Source of the DNA: Gemmatimonadota bacterium | Lineage (GTDB): Bacteria; Gemmatimonadota; Gemmatimonadetes; Palauibacterales; Palauibacteraceae | Reading direction: 5' to 3' | DNA: 26,247 bases | NCBI GenBank assembly: GCA_039592635.1 | Contig: JBDHBK010000008.1 | Location: forward strand, 1 to 26,247 | In this document: piece after piece, positions 16,960-24,749 of the stretch | Position numbering within the stretch: the first letter of the stretch is position 1 | Layout of the letters: each line of letters begins with the position of its first letter | Position numbers and translations under genes: made by a program | Notes under the pieces: model-generated | What the model was told of the DNA's origin: nothing | Seen by the model: only the letters and a program-made list of their open reading frames with translations | Database searches by the model: none

Positions 16960-18441
16960 ATGGCTGCGGGCGACGAAAGGCATCGGGTGGACAGTCGATT
17001 GCGCGAGGCATGGGCGGTATTGAGTTTCCTGATCCCGATCGTTCTGACCGTGACTTCCGCGGTCGGCCAGACCGTGCCGTCCGAACCCGAGCTTCCGCGG
17101 GTTACCCGGCTGGAGCTGGACGTCCGCGTCGACTACGAGACCGAGCGGATCCGCGGAACGGCAACCCTGACCGTAGAAAACTCCGCCGCGGGGCCGACGT
17201 CGCGCGTACCGCTCCTTTTGAACCGCCTGATGCAAGTCACCGGAGCGCGCGTGGTCGGAGGACCGGACCTGACGTTCAACCAGGGCATCGCGTCGTTCGA
17301 GGACATCGGTAAGTACCAGGTCAATGTGGTCGAAATCGATCTGGCTGCCCCACTGCCGAAGGGAGACTCGCTGCGGGTAACCGTGCAATACGAAGGCTAC
17401 CTGGTCGGCTACACCGAGGTCGGCATGAGCTACGTCAGGGATCACATTAACCGGGACTTCACGATCCTCCGGGAAGATGCTCTGGCCTTCCCGGTCGTGG
17501 GTGTTCCATCGCTTCGGATCAACCGGGCCCTCCCACGCGCGCCGTTCGAATTCGAGGTCCGTGTCACCGTGCCCGAGGACCTCGTGGTGGCCACGGGCGG
17601 CGAGCCTCTCGGACGCACCACGGGCGACGGGCTTGCGACGTGGCATTACCGAAGCCGCGAGCCCGCACCGTACCTGATCATCGCGATTGCCCCGTACCGC
17701 GTCGCGCAGGCGGACGGACTGCGCGTCTTCCACTTTCCCGAGGATGAGGAGGGTGCGAGCCGATTGCTCGAAGCGTCACTACAGGCGGCAGGAAGCTATC
17801 AGGATATCTTCGGCCCGCTCCGCCGGCCGCTGGCACTCAACATCATGGAGATTCCGGATGGCTGGGGCTCTCAGGCGAACCTTGCCGGTGGCATCATTCA
17901 GGAGGGTGGGGCCTTCAGGGACCGCTCCCGGATGTGGGAGCTGTATCACGAGCTTTCCCACCTGTGGAATGTGAGCGACCTCGACGCTCCGAGTCCGCGT
18001 TGGAACGAGGGCCTCGCGACTTTCATGCAGCGGAGGCTCTCGCGTGAGCTCGACGGGTGGGACGGGGCGGCCGCCGCTTGGGAGCGCACGGCAGAGCGCC
18101 TGCTGGAACGGTGTGGGGAGGACCGTCCCTGCGGACAAGTTCCGATGCGTCGATACGGCGAGAAACAGCTCACCGACTATTCCTATTCGGTCGGCGGGCT
18201 GATGTTTGCCGCGCTGTACCACGTCCTGGGGGAAGAGTCGTTCGACCGTGCGTTACGACATCACTTCCAGGCTCACGCGGATACGGGCGGACGCACCGAC
18301 GACCTGGTACGAATCTTCGTCGAGTCGGGCGGGCCGTCCGCGCAACGCGTGTTCGACGACTGGCTGGAGTCCACCGCGTGGCTCCTCCGGCTGCGCGAAG
18401 CCGGATCTGCGCAGGCCGTGTTCGAGGCCTATCTTCGCTGA
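16960..18441 (+). CDS. Secreted M1-like (gluzincin) zinc metallopeptidase
   Basis: Signal peptide (..VTSAVG|Q), M1-type N-terminal beta domain (LELDVRVDY..IRGTATL), HELSH zinc motif, WNEGLATF third ligand, YSVGGLMF distal Tyr motif. GGAG SD. Confidence 0.82.
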   Translation: MAAGDERHRVDSRLREAWAVLSFLIPIVLTVTSAVGQTVPSEPELPRVTRLELDVRVDYETERIRGTATLTVENSAAGPTSRVPLLLNRLMQVTGARVVGGPDLTFNQGIASFEDIGKYQVNVVEIDLAAPLPKGDSLRVTVQYEGYLVGYTEVGMSYVRDHINRDFTILREDALAFPVVGVPSLRINRALPRAPFEFEVRVTVPEDLVVATGGEPLGRTTGDGLATWHYRSREPAPYLIIAIAPYRVAQADGLRVFHFPEDEEGASRLLEASLQAAGSYQDIFGPLRRPLALNIMEIPDGWGSQANLAGGIIQEGGAFRDRSRMWELYHELSHLWNVSDLDAPSPRWNEGLATFMQRRLSRELDGWDGAAAAWERTAERLLERCGEDRPCGQVPMRRYGEKQLTDYSYSVGGLMFAALYHVLGEESFDRALRHHFQAHADTGGRTDDLVRIFVESGGPSAQRVFDDWLESTAWLLRLREAGSAQAVFEAYLR

Positions 18442-18621
18442 CCGGCGCCGGCGCCCTCGGCCCCAGGGCGTGTCGAGGGGAATCCAGACGCATCAGGTGG
18501 TGCCGGGCCCCTGTGCGAACAGCCTCAAGCCAGGCAGACCGGACGGCGCGCGTATCGCAGCACAGAAGGACTCTAACGTGGAGTGGGTGCGGCAAGACCG
18601 CACCTCGTATTTGGAGAAGCC

Positions 18622-18970
18622 ATGAACCGCAACGAGACCGCCACGTCCCGCTTGCGTGAGGAGCACCAACTCATTCTGCAAGTGGCTGACGCCATGCAGT
18701 CACTGCTCGCCCAAGCCGATGGAATGGACCAGACTTCGATACGATCGGCGACTGCGTGACGTTCGTCCGCTCCTGTTCGAGATGGCAGACCAGGCGGTGC
18801 GTGGCCACGCGTGCGATCGCCTGTGTGGCGGCTATGGCGCTGTATGCGCTCGCCGGTTCGAGGGGCACTCCAAAGAGGAGCTCCAGGCGTTGGCCCGGGG
18901 CATATGCGAACGGGCCGGTCTGGGCCGGCAGCCTGAGGCGTCAGGCCCAGCGCGTAACATCCGGGGTTGA
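18622..18970 (+). pseudogene. Hemerythrin-domain protein gene, frameshifted and internally deleted
   Basis: GGAG SD and ATG 18622 give MNRNETATSRLREEHQLILQVADAM. A second frame gives DFDTIGDCVTFVR (18732-18770). A third frame gives LLFEMADQAVRGHACDRLCGGYGAVCARRFEG..LQALARGIC (18770-18970). The central HH.KEE/EH metal-binding region is missing. Confidence 0.72.
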
Positions 18971-18980
18971 GTTCTTGACC

Positions 18981-19982
18981 GTGACGAGACGTGGCGAGCG
19001 AATGATCGGGAACGTCGGCCTGCTCATGCTGGGTCTGGCCCTTCCTGCCGAAAGCATGGCGCAGGAGAGCGAGTTGCCTGGCGTCGTGAGGGAAATGCGC
19101 TGGCGCGGAGACCTCGACGAGGCCCGGCGACTGGCGGAGGAGGCACTCCGCGGCGGCGCCCTGGGCGTGAGTGCTGAAGTGGGCCTGAGGCTGGAGCTTG
19201 CGCGGATCCACGATCGCATAGGTCTTCACACGAATACGCGGCCCGTTCGCGAAGCCTTCGCGCAGGTCGACTCCGCCGCAGCGGTGACCGACGGATCGGC
19301 GCTTCGGCTCAATGCCGCCATCGCGTTGATGCGAGCGGAACTGGAATACCGCGTGGGGGCGGCGAACAGGGACTACGAGAGATCTACCGCGCACGCTCAG
19401 GCCGCTATTGAGCTGTATCGGGCGCTTGGAGACCGTCACGGTGAAGCCGAGGGCGTGCACCGACTCGGACTGATTCACCTCCAGAGCGGAGATCTCGAGA
19501 CAGCCCGCAGGCTTTTCGATGAGTCCCTCGAGTTGGACCGAGCGGGGGGTGAGCGGCTCTACTTCCGAGGCGAGTATGAGCGACACATGGGTCTGGTCGA
19601 GCTTCGGTTGGGCGACACGCACCGGTCGATTCCACATTTCGAGCAGTCGCTGAGCGCTCGTCGGCAGGTGGGCGCAATAGACGCCAGCCTCTTCGCGGCG
19701 AGCATCCTCGCCTCTGCGCTCGTCGATGTCGGACGCGCGGAGGAAGCCGAGCCGCATCTCCTGTACGCCATCACCGTGGCCGAGCGGCTGCGCTCGCCGA
19801 CGGGTCGAGCGCGCATCAACCTGGTGCTCGGTCGCTATCACCGGCTTCTCGGTGACCACGCAGCCGCCCGTATCGCCTTCGAAGCAGCGGTCCTTGTCGC
19901 AGACTCGATCGGAGCATCGTCCATTGCCAGCCAGGCAGGCGGCGCGCTGGAGGAATTGGAAGGGAGTCGCCCGGGCGATTAG
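18981..19982 (+). CDS. Secreted tetratricopeptide-repeat protein
   Basis: Signal peptide (MTRRGERMIGNVGLLMLGLALPAESMA|Q; alternative start ATG 19002) and helical TPR-like repeats (AIELYRALGDRHGEAEGVHRLGLIHL, SIPHFEQSLSARRQVG). The ORF-track extension to 18756 runs through the hemerythrin remnant. Confidence 0.8.
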   Translation: MTRRGERMIGNVGLLMLGLALPAESMAQESELPGVVREMRWRGDLDEARRLAEEALRGGALGVSAEVGLRLELARIHDRIGLHTNTRPVREAFAQVDSAAAVTDGSALRLNAAIALMRAELEYRVGAANRDYERSTAHAQAAIELYRALGDRHGEAEGVHRLGLIHLQSGDLETARRLFDESLELDRAGGERLYFRGEYERHMGLVELRLGDTHRSIPHFEQSLSARRQVGAIDASLFAASILASALVDVGRAEEAEPHLLYAITVAERLRSPTGRARINLVLGRYHRLLGDHAAARIAFEAAVLVADSIGASSIASQAGGALEELEGSRPGD

Positions 19983-20032
19983 GGCCTGAGACGACTATCC
20001 GCTGTCGCAGCTGCTCGAGGTGTTGGAGACGA

Positions 20033-20346
20033 TCAAGGAGGCACGTGGAGCAAGGCCAATCCACGCTTCAGAGCCTCCGCATCGAAGGAGCCCTCAACCG
20101 GCGTTCCCGAATCCGGATTGCGACGCGAATCGAGAAAGGCGACGACGCCCACCACGTGGCCATCCCGCGGAAGGAGCAGCGAGTATCCTGTCTCGACCCG
20201 CGGGATCCGCCGATCTGGCTCGGGCCCGATCCGCAAGTAGCCTTGCCTTGTGCGGGTATCCATGCCTCCACCACCTCTTGGGCCATGGCCTCGGCACTGA
20301 GGGTGGCCCAGGAAACAACGAGCAGGAGGCTGAGCTTCAGGGTGGG
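20033..20346 (-). pseudogene. Probable frameshifted, truncated remnant of a secreted protein gene
   Basis: One frame gives a signal-like TLKLSLLLVVSWATLSAEAMA|QEVVEAWIPAQGK with no in-frame canonical start codon before the h-region. A 1-nt shift near 20205 gives protein-like PRVETGYSLLLPRDGHVVGVVAFLDSRR...ALKRGLALLHV, which stops at 20033. Family not identified. Confidence 0.35.
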
Positions 20347-20415
20347 GCCTGGCCTCGTGCTCGACTTGCAGACACGCTTGCCACGCCGGGTGCTATGAAC
20401 ACCGGCGACGCTACG

Positions 20416-21102
20416 CTAGCGTGGTTTGACTCGAAGGCCGATACCGACGGCCCAGTCCGCGTACTCCTCGGGAAAGTGCACGCTTCCGGCGAGCCTCGCT
20501 TCCAGGACTCCTCCGAGCGGTACTCCAAGCTCGGCGAACACACCGCCCCAATCACTAGCCTCATCGAGGTCCAGGCCACGAAAGGCGGAGAAGCCGGCAA
20601 GAGCTCGCGTGCTCCCGATCGGGAAACCAAGGCCAGCCCGGAACAGGCCAGTTACACCCGGAGTCGGGCTAGGCGCCAGAAGATCCGTGCGGAAATGGAC
20701 CCTATCGCGGTTTCCCGCCCGCAGGTACATCGATGGCCCAGTGCCGCTCGGCAGACTGACGACGCCTGCACCAAGCCCGAACCCGGTCCCTTCGTATGCC
20801 ACCAGGCCACCCAGGAACAGCCCGTCCCGGTCCAATTCGCCCTGAACCGACGTGCTTCCCCCGAACAGGTCGAACCGCACGTTCGACACCTCATACTCGA
20901 CGACGGCCCCCCCGGTGACAAACTCAACGGGACGAGTCGACAACACGTCCCCCGCGCAACTCCGCGTGACGACCTCGTATTGGCCAGCACCAGCTCCGAC
21001 CTCGATAGACCACTTCCCATCCTCGTTTGACTGAATCACGACCGGGGGCAAAAGTGCCCAAATCCCTAGAAGCGTGAACGCGCTCGTGGTATTGATGTTC
21101 AT
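20416..21102 (-). CDS. Hypothetical exported beta-strand-rich protein (possible small outer-membrane barrel)
   Basis: Hydrophobic N-terminus and Gly/aromatic-rich alternating strands (WSIEVGAGAG, GFGLGAGV, WAVGIGLRV). 228 aa. Confidence 0.65.
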   Translation of the reverse strand: MNINTTSAFTLLGIWALLPPVVIQSNEDGKWSIEVGAGAGQYEVVTRSCAGDVLSTRPVEFVTGGAVVEYEVSNVRFDLFGGSTSVQGELDRDGLFLGGLVAYEGTGFGLGAGVVSLPSGTGPSMYLRAGNRDRVHFRTDLLAPSPTPGVTGLFRAGLGFPIGSTRALAGFSAFRGLDLDEASDWGGVFAELGVPLGGVLEARLAGSVHFPEEYADWAVGIGLRVKPR

Positions 21103-21151
21103 GATCGCTGCCCCCGATGCTCGATGAACCTCAAATGTTGCTACACCGAGG

Positions 21152-21700
21152 GTGTCGTTATGGGGTCAAGTGAGGGTCAAGTCGGATTCCGTGCCCGATG
21201 AGAAAACGATCGCGACAGTGGTTCTGGATCTCCGAAGCTGCGGGCCTTGGATCGAACGGTATACCGACGCAACTGCGACAGTTCTGACGGCTGGCCACAT
21301 GGCGACACTCGAGCGATGGTCCGACGGCTACATCCTGGATATGGATCTCCGACGAGAGGATCCTCTGTTCTACTATCGCAGAGAAGACGACTGGTCCGAG
21401 GCGATCGGGTTCGAGGTCCTTCCGCTGTATCGCGAAAGAGATTCCGAGGAGATTGAGATCTCCGTGTATGCGGAACACCGAAAGCGCGAGTTCAACCTAA
21501 ACGAACCAGAGCGGGAGCTGATGTACGTGCGAGCCGTCCCCGCGCTCGCGGATCGTCATGACCGCTGGAAGCGGATGCTGCTGAAGGCGAATGATCTGGT
21601 GGTAGTCCTGCGAAGCGGATCCCTGGCCGACGGGTTGCTGCAGATGGGATTCATCCAGGGTCCGACCGATGAAGGCAGCGTGCTCTGGACTGTCCTGTGA
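21152..21700 (+). CDS. Hypothetical acidic protein, lower GC (start uncertain)
   Basis: 182-codon ORF filling the gap between two minus-strand genes, with a plausible globular composition. No family recognised. Confidence 0.55.
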   Translation: MSLWGQVRVKSDSVPDEKTIATVVLDLRSCGPWIERYTDATATVLTAGHMATLERWSDGYILDMDLRREDPLFYYRREDDWSEAIGFEVLPLYRERDSEEIEISVYAEHRKREFNLNEPERELMYVRAVPALADRHDRWKRMLLKANDLVVVLRSGSLADGLLQMGFIQGPTDEGSVLWTVL

Positions 21701-21734
21701 ATCCAGCCCCGCCAAGCCGTTCGCGGCGAAGGCC

Positions 21735-23381
21735 TCAAGGTTTGGCGCCAGGGCATGATCTCGTCGCTACCAGCCGGCCGGCGGGCTGCAACGGCCGGCC
21801 CTCTCGAAGCTCGGCTGCCGCCCATTCTGTCACCATGCGGTCGAGTCGTCGCTGTTCTTCTCCCCGCTTTCGCATCGACGCGAGCGGAAGGCGCATACGC
21901 GGGTTGTCCTGCAGCCGGTCCTCGTTGCGCTCCAGGAACGCCCAGTAGAAAGGCGTGATGGGGCAGTCGGCGCGCGGATCGAACGCGCACCCCGAGCAGT
22001 AGTCGCTCATACGATTGATGTATGCAGAACCCGACACGTAGGGCTTGGTGGTCATCAGATCTCCAGCACCGAACGTGCCCATACCGAGGACGTTGGGTTC
22101 GACCACCCAGTCGAACGCATCCGTGTACATGACCCAGAACCAGTCCGTGAGCTCGCGAGGGGATACGCCGAGCAGTGTCGCCAGGTTCGAGAGCACCATG
22201 AGGCGGGTGATGTGGTGGGAGTAGCCGGTCTCGAGGACCGAGCGGACCACCACGTCGAGGCAGTGGAGCCCGGACGTCGTTCCCCAGAATGCCGGGGGTA
22301 GAGGCTCTGCCGCTTGGAGCGCGGAGGGGGCAGCCGGAGCGTCCGTGGCCCGTTCATCCGCGGAATCCGACCCAGGCAGGTCGCGGAAGCCGTCGGTCCG
22401 TACGTGGATGTGACGCATGAACTCGCGCCATCCCAGAACCTGCCGCACGAAACCCTCACGGCTCGCAAGCGGGGCGTCCGAAGCCGCCACATCCGCCACC
22501 ACCCGCCGGGGTAGCAGCCGGTGCACGTGGACGAGGAACGAGATCCGGGTGTGGAACAGGTCTCTCGCCTGCAGGGACATGGCATCTTCGAACGGTCCGA
22601 ACCACGGAAGACACTCACGCAGAGCCCACGCCCACAGCGTCTCGGCATCCGATTGGGTCGCCGGCAGCGCGGCCGGAATCAATGACCCGGGGTGGGATGA
22701 GAAACACGATTCCACGAACTCTGCGACCTCCGCCTTCACCGCATCCACCGGAAAGACGGGCGTCTCCGGTGCCTCCGGCTCGCCTCGCCAGGGCCGGCGG
22801 TTCTCCACATCGAAGCTGTACTTTCCGCCCTCGGGACTCCCGTCGTCCATCAACAGCCCGGTTCGGCGGCGCACGTGCCGGTAGAAGGCGTCCATGCGCC
22901 ACGGCGGCTGTGGTTTCTGGCTCGCCTCGAAGTCCTCCGGTGAGGTGATCCAGCCTTCGTGCGGCTCGACGTCGAGCAGGCCGTCTCCCGCCAGGGGAGC
23001 CAGATTCGCTCGCAGCTCACGCTCCGCCGGCTCCATCACGGCCAGCGGCCCCAGCTCCCGGATCTCCTCCCGCAGCGCCTCCGAGTACGGCGCCCGGGTC
23101 GCGTGGTATCGCACGGCGACGCCCCGCTCAGCCTGCTCGAGGGCGAAGTGTCTCTGGTTGGCGAGGATCAGGGCGAGCTTCTGCTTGTGATAGGGCCGTT
23201 GGGCCGGCTTCCAGGCACTCTCTACGAGGACGATTCCGGCATCCTCGGGCTCCAGTCGCGACAGCGGGCCGATCTCGTCGGTCAGCTGATCGTACGGGAC
23301 GTAGACCCATCTGCGTCCGGACGGATCGCTCCCGCAGCGGTCCAGTTCACGGCGGAACGCTCCGTCCCCGGCTACGGACAC
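21735..23381 (-). CDS. FeS-type bacterial cryptochrome/photolyase (FeS-BCP, PhrB/CryB-like; photolyase-related protein)
   Basis: YDQL, YHKQKL, MDAFYRHVRRRTGLLM, FGPFEDAM, RQVLGWREF, GYSHHITRLMVLSN, DWVVEPNVLGM and TKPYVSGSAYINRMSDYC motifs. Four Cys for a [4Fe-4S] cluster (GLHCL; CSGC-X7-C). Confidence 0.93.
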   Translation of the reverse strand: MSVAGDGAFRRELDRCGSDPSGRRWVYVPYDQLTDEIGPLSRLEPEDAGIVLVESAWKPAQRPYHKQKLALILANQRHFALEQAERGVAVRYHATRAPYSEALREEIRELGPLAVMEPAERELRANLAPLAGDGLLDVEPHEGWITSPEDFEASQKPQPPWRMDAFYRHVRRRTGLLMDDGSPEGGKYSFDVENRRPWRGEPEAPETPVFPVDAVKAEVAEFVESCFSSHPGSLIPAALPATQSDAETLWAWALRECLPWFGPFEDAMSLQARDLFHTRISFLVHVHRLLPRRVVADVAASDAPLASREGFVRQVLGWREFMRHIHVRTDGFRDLPGSDSADERATDAPAAPSALQAAEPLPPAFWGTTSGLHCLDVVVRSVLETGYSHHITRLMVLSNLATLLGVSPRELTDWFWVMYTDAFDWVVEPNVLGMGTFGAGDLMTTKPYVSGSAYINRMSDYCSGCAFDPRADCPITPFYWAFLERNEDRLQDNPRMRLPLASMRKRGEEQRRLDRMVTEWAAAELREGRPLQPAGRLVATRSCPGAKP

Positions 23382-23688
23382 TGGAACCGGGCCATCAGAA
23401 GGCTCGGGTTTCCGCCGGTGCGGGCCATTCCTGCGCGTCTCTCCATATGGTCTTTCTCCCGAAATCCGGCTTTGCCCGTCACAAGCAGTAGATCACATAC
23501 TGAGGTTCGGGGAGCCGGAATGACAACACAGTGCAGGCTCTGCCACGAAAGGCCGCCGACGCCCCACGGTGCAGGAGACATTCGAGCGACAAGCCGGTCT
23601 CGACACCGGCCCGCATCGGTCGACGTTGATGATCTGCTAGATTGTGAAAAGAAGCCAAGTCCCCATACCCGTAACAGCGGAGTCAGCC

Positions 23689-24714
23689 TTGGCATCAAAC
23701 ACCGCGCCCGCCATAGCTGTGATCGGGGCCGGGATCGCCGGTCTGTCCGCTGCAGCCCGCCTTCGAGAGCTCGGCCTGCCGGTCCGAGTGATGGAGAAGA
23801 GCCGCGGATTGGGTGGGCGAAGCGCCACGCGAAGGATCGGACGCCTGGGGTTCGACCACGGCGCTCAGTATCTCACGGTGCGTGAACCCGCGCTCGAGAA
23901 GGCTTTGGCGCCGCTAATCCAGCGAGGCGTCGTCGCCCGCTGGGAGCCCCGTGTCGTTCGGCTGGCCTCCGACGGGACGCGCGCCCCGGGCAAGGAAGCG
24001 GAGCGGTTCGTGGGCGTTCCGGGGATGAGCATGCTCGCGCACAGCCTCGGGGGCCAAAAGACTGTTACGCCGGGTACGCTGATCACCGGTGTGATTCTCG
24101 GGTCCGACGGATCCTGGACCCTGCTCGGGCCGCACGGCGTCGGCTACGGTCCGTTTGCCGGCGTGATCGTCGCGTGCCCCGCGCCCCAGGCCGCAGATCT
24201 TCTCAAGAACGCCTCGCCGGATCTGGCCCGGGCATGTGAGAGCGTCGAGATGCTCCCGTGCTGGGCGACGATGGTCGCCTTCGAGTCTCCGCTGGGGCTC
24301 GACTTCGATGGGGCGTTCGTGGAGGATGAAGTGCTCGCATGGGTCGCAAACGAGTCGACCAAGCCGGGGCGCGGCGTGCGACCGGAGTGCTGGACCCTGC
24401 ACGCGGCGTCGGACTGGTCACGGGATCGCCTGGGGGACGATGCGGATCCGATCGCGCGCGAGATGTCGCAGCGGTTTCTCGAGATCACCGGTGCGCCAGC
24501 GGCCGAGCCCACCACGTGCGTTGCCCACCGATGGCGGTTCGCGCGCTCGGCGGAGCCCGGGACGCACGGGAACCTGCTCGACGCGGCCAGGCGCGTGGGA
24601 GTGGCGGGTGACTGGACCCACGGCGACCGCCTGGAGGATGCGTTCATGAGTGGCCTTCGGATGGCCGAGGAGCTGGCCGGCCTCGTGGGCGGGGCCGGGA
24701 CGCCTGCGGCGTAA
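23689..24714 (+). CDS. Renalase-like NAD/FAD-dependent oxidoreductase (COG3380)
   Basis: IAVIGAGIAG, EKSRGLGGRSATRR, FDHGAQY, HRWRFA and GVAGDW motifs. Start placed at TTG 23689 (GGAG SD, 6-nt spacing) rather than GTG 23644. Confidence 0.9.
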   Translation: MASNTAPAIAVIGAGIAGLSAAARLRELGLPVRVMEKSRGLGGRSATRRIGRLGFDHGAQYLTVREPALEKALAPLIQRGVVARWEPRVVRLASDGTRAPGKEAERFVGVPGMSMLAHSLGGQKTVTPGTLITGVILGSDGSWTLLGPHGVGYGPFAGVIVACPAPQAADLLKNASPDLARACESVEMLPCWATMVAFESPLGLDFDGAFVEDEVLAWVANESTKPGRGVRPECWTLHAASDWSRDRLGDDADPIAREMSQRFLEITGAPAAEPTTCVAHRWRFARSAEPGTHGNLLDAARRVGVAGDWTHGDRLEDAFMSGLRMAEELAGLVGGAGTPAA

Positions 24715-24749
24715 TCGTGCTCGGCGACTGATCTCCTCGCTAGACCGCC

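Noticed and set aside
18586-18604. GGTGCGG-CAAGA-CCGCACC hairpin upstream of the hemerythrin remnant
   Set aside because: A 7-bp GC stem without a U-tract; no function can be supported.
18622-19982. Programmed -1 frameshift making a hemerythrin-TPR fusion (the second hemerythrin frame is continuous with the TPR ORF)
   Set aside because: No slippery heptamer is seen, the intervening translation is not protein-like, and the TPR gene has its own signal peptide.
11154-21734. Integron-like cassette array as the explanation for the string of unrelated accessory genes
   Set aside because: Genes lie on both strands, I found no paired RYYYAAC/GTTRRRY attC structures after stops (the CTCTAAC near 18571 has no matching GTT arm), and there is no integrase.
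23382-23688. CarH/LitR-type operator or DUF2256 mini-gene between the photolyase and renalase-like gene
   Set aside because: The TCACA/TGACA words recur at 14-nt multiples rather than the 11-nt CarH period, and no CxxC...WxKKW ORF is present.
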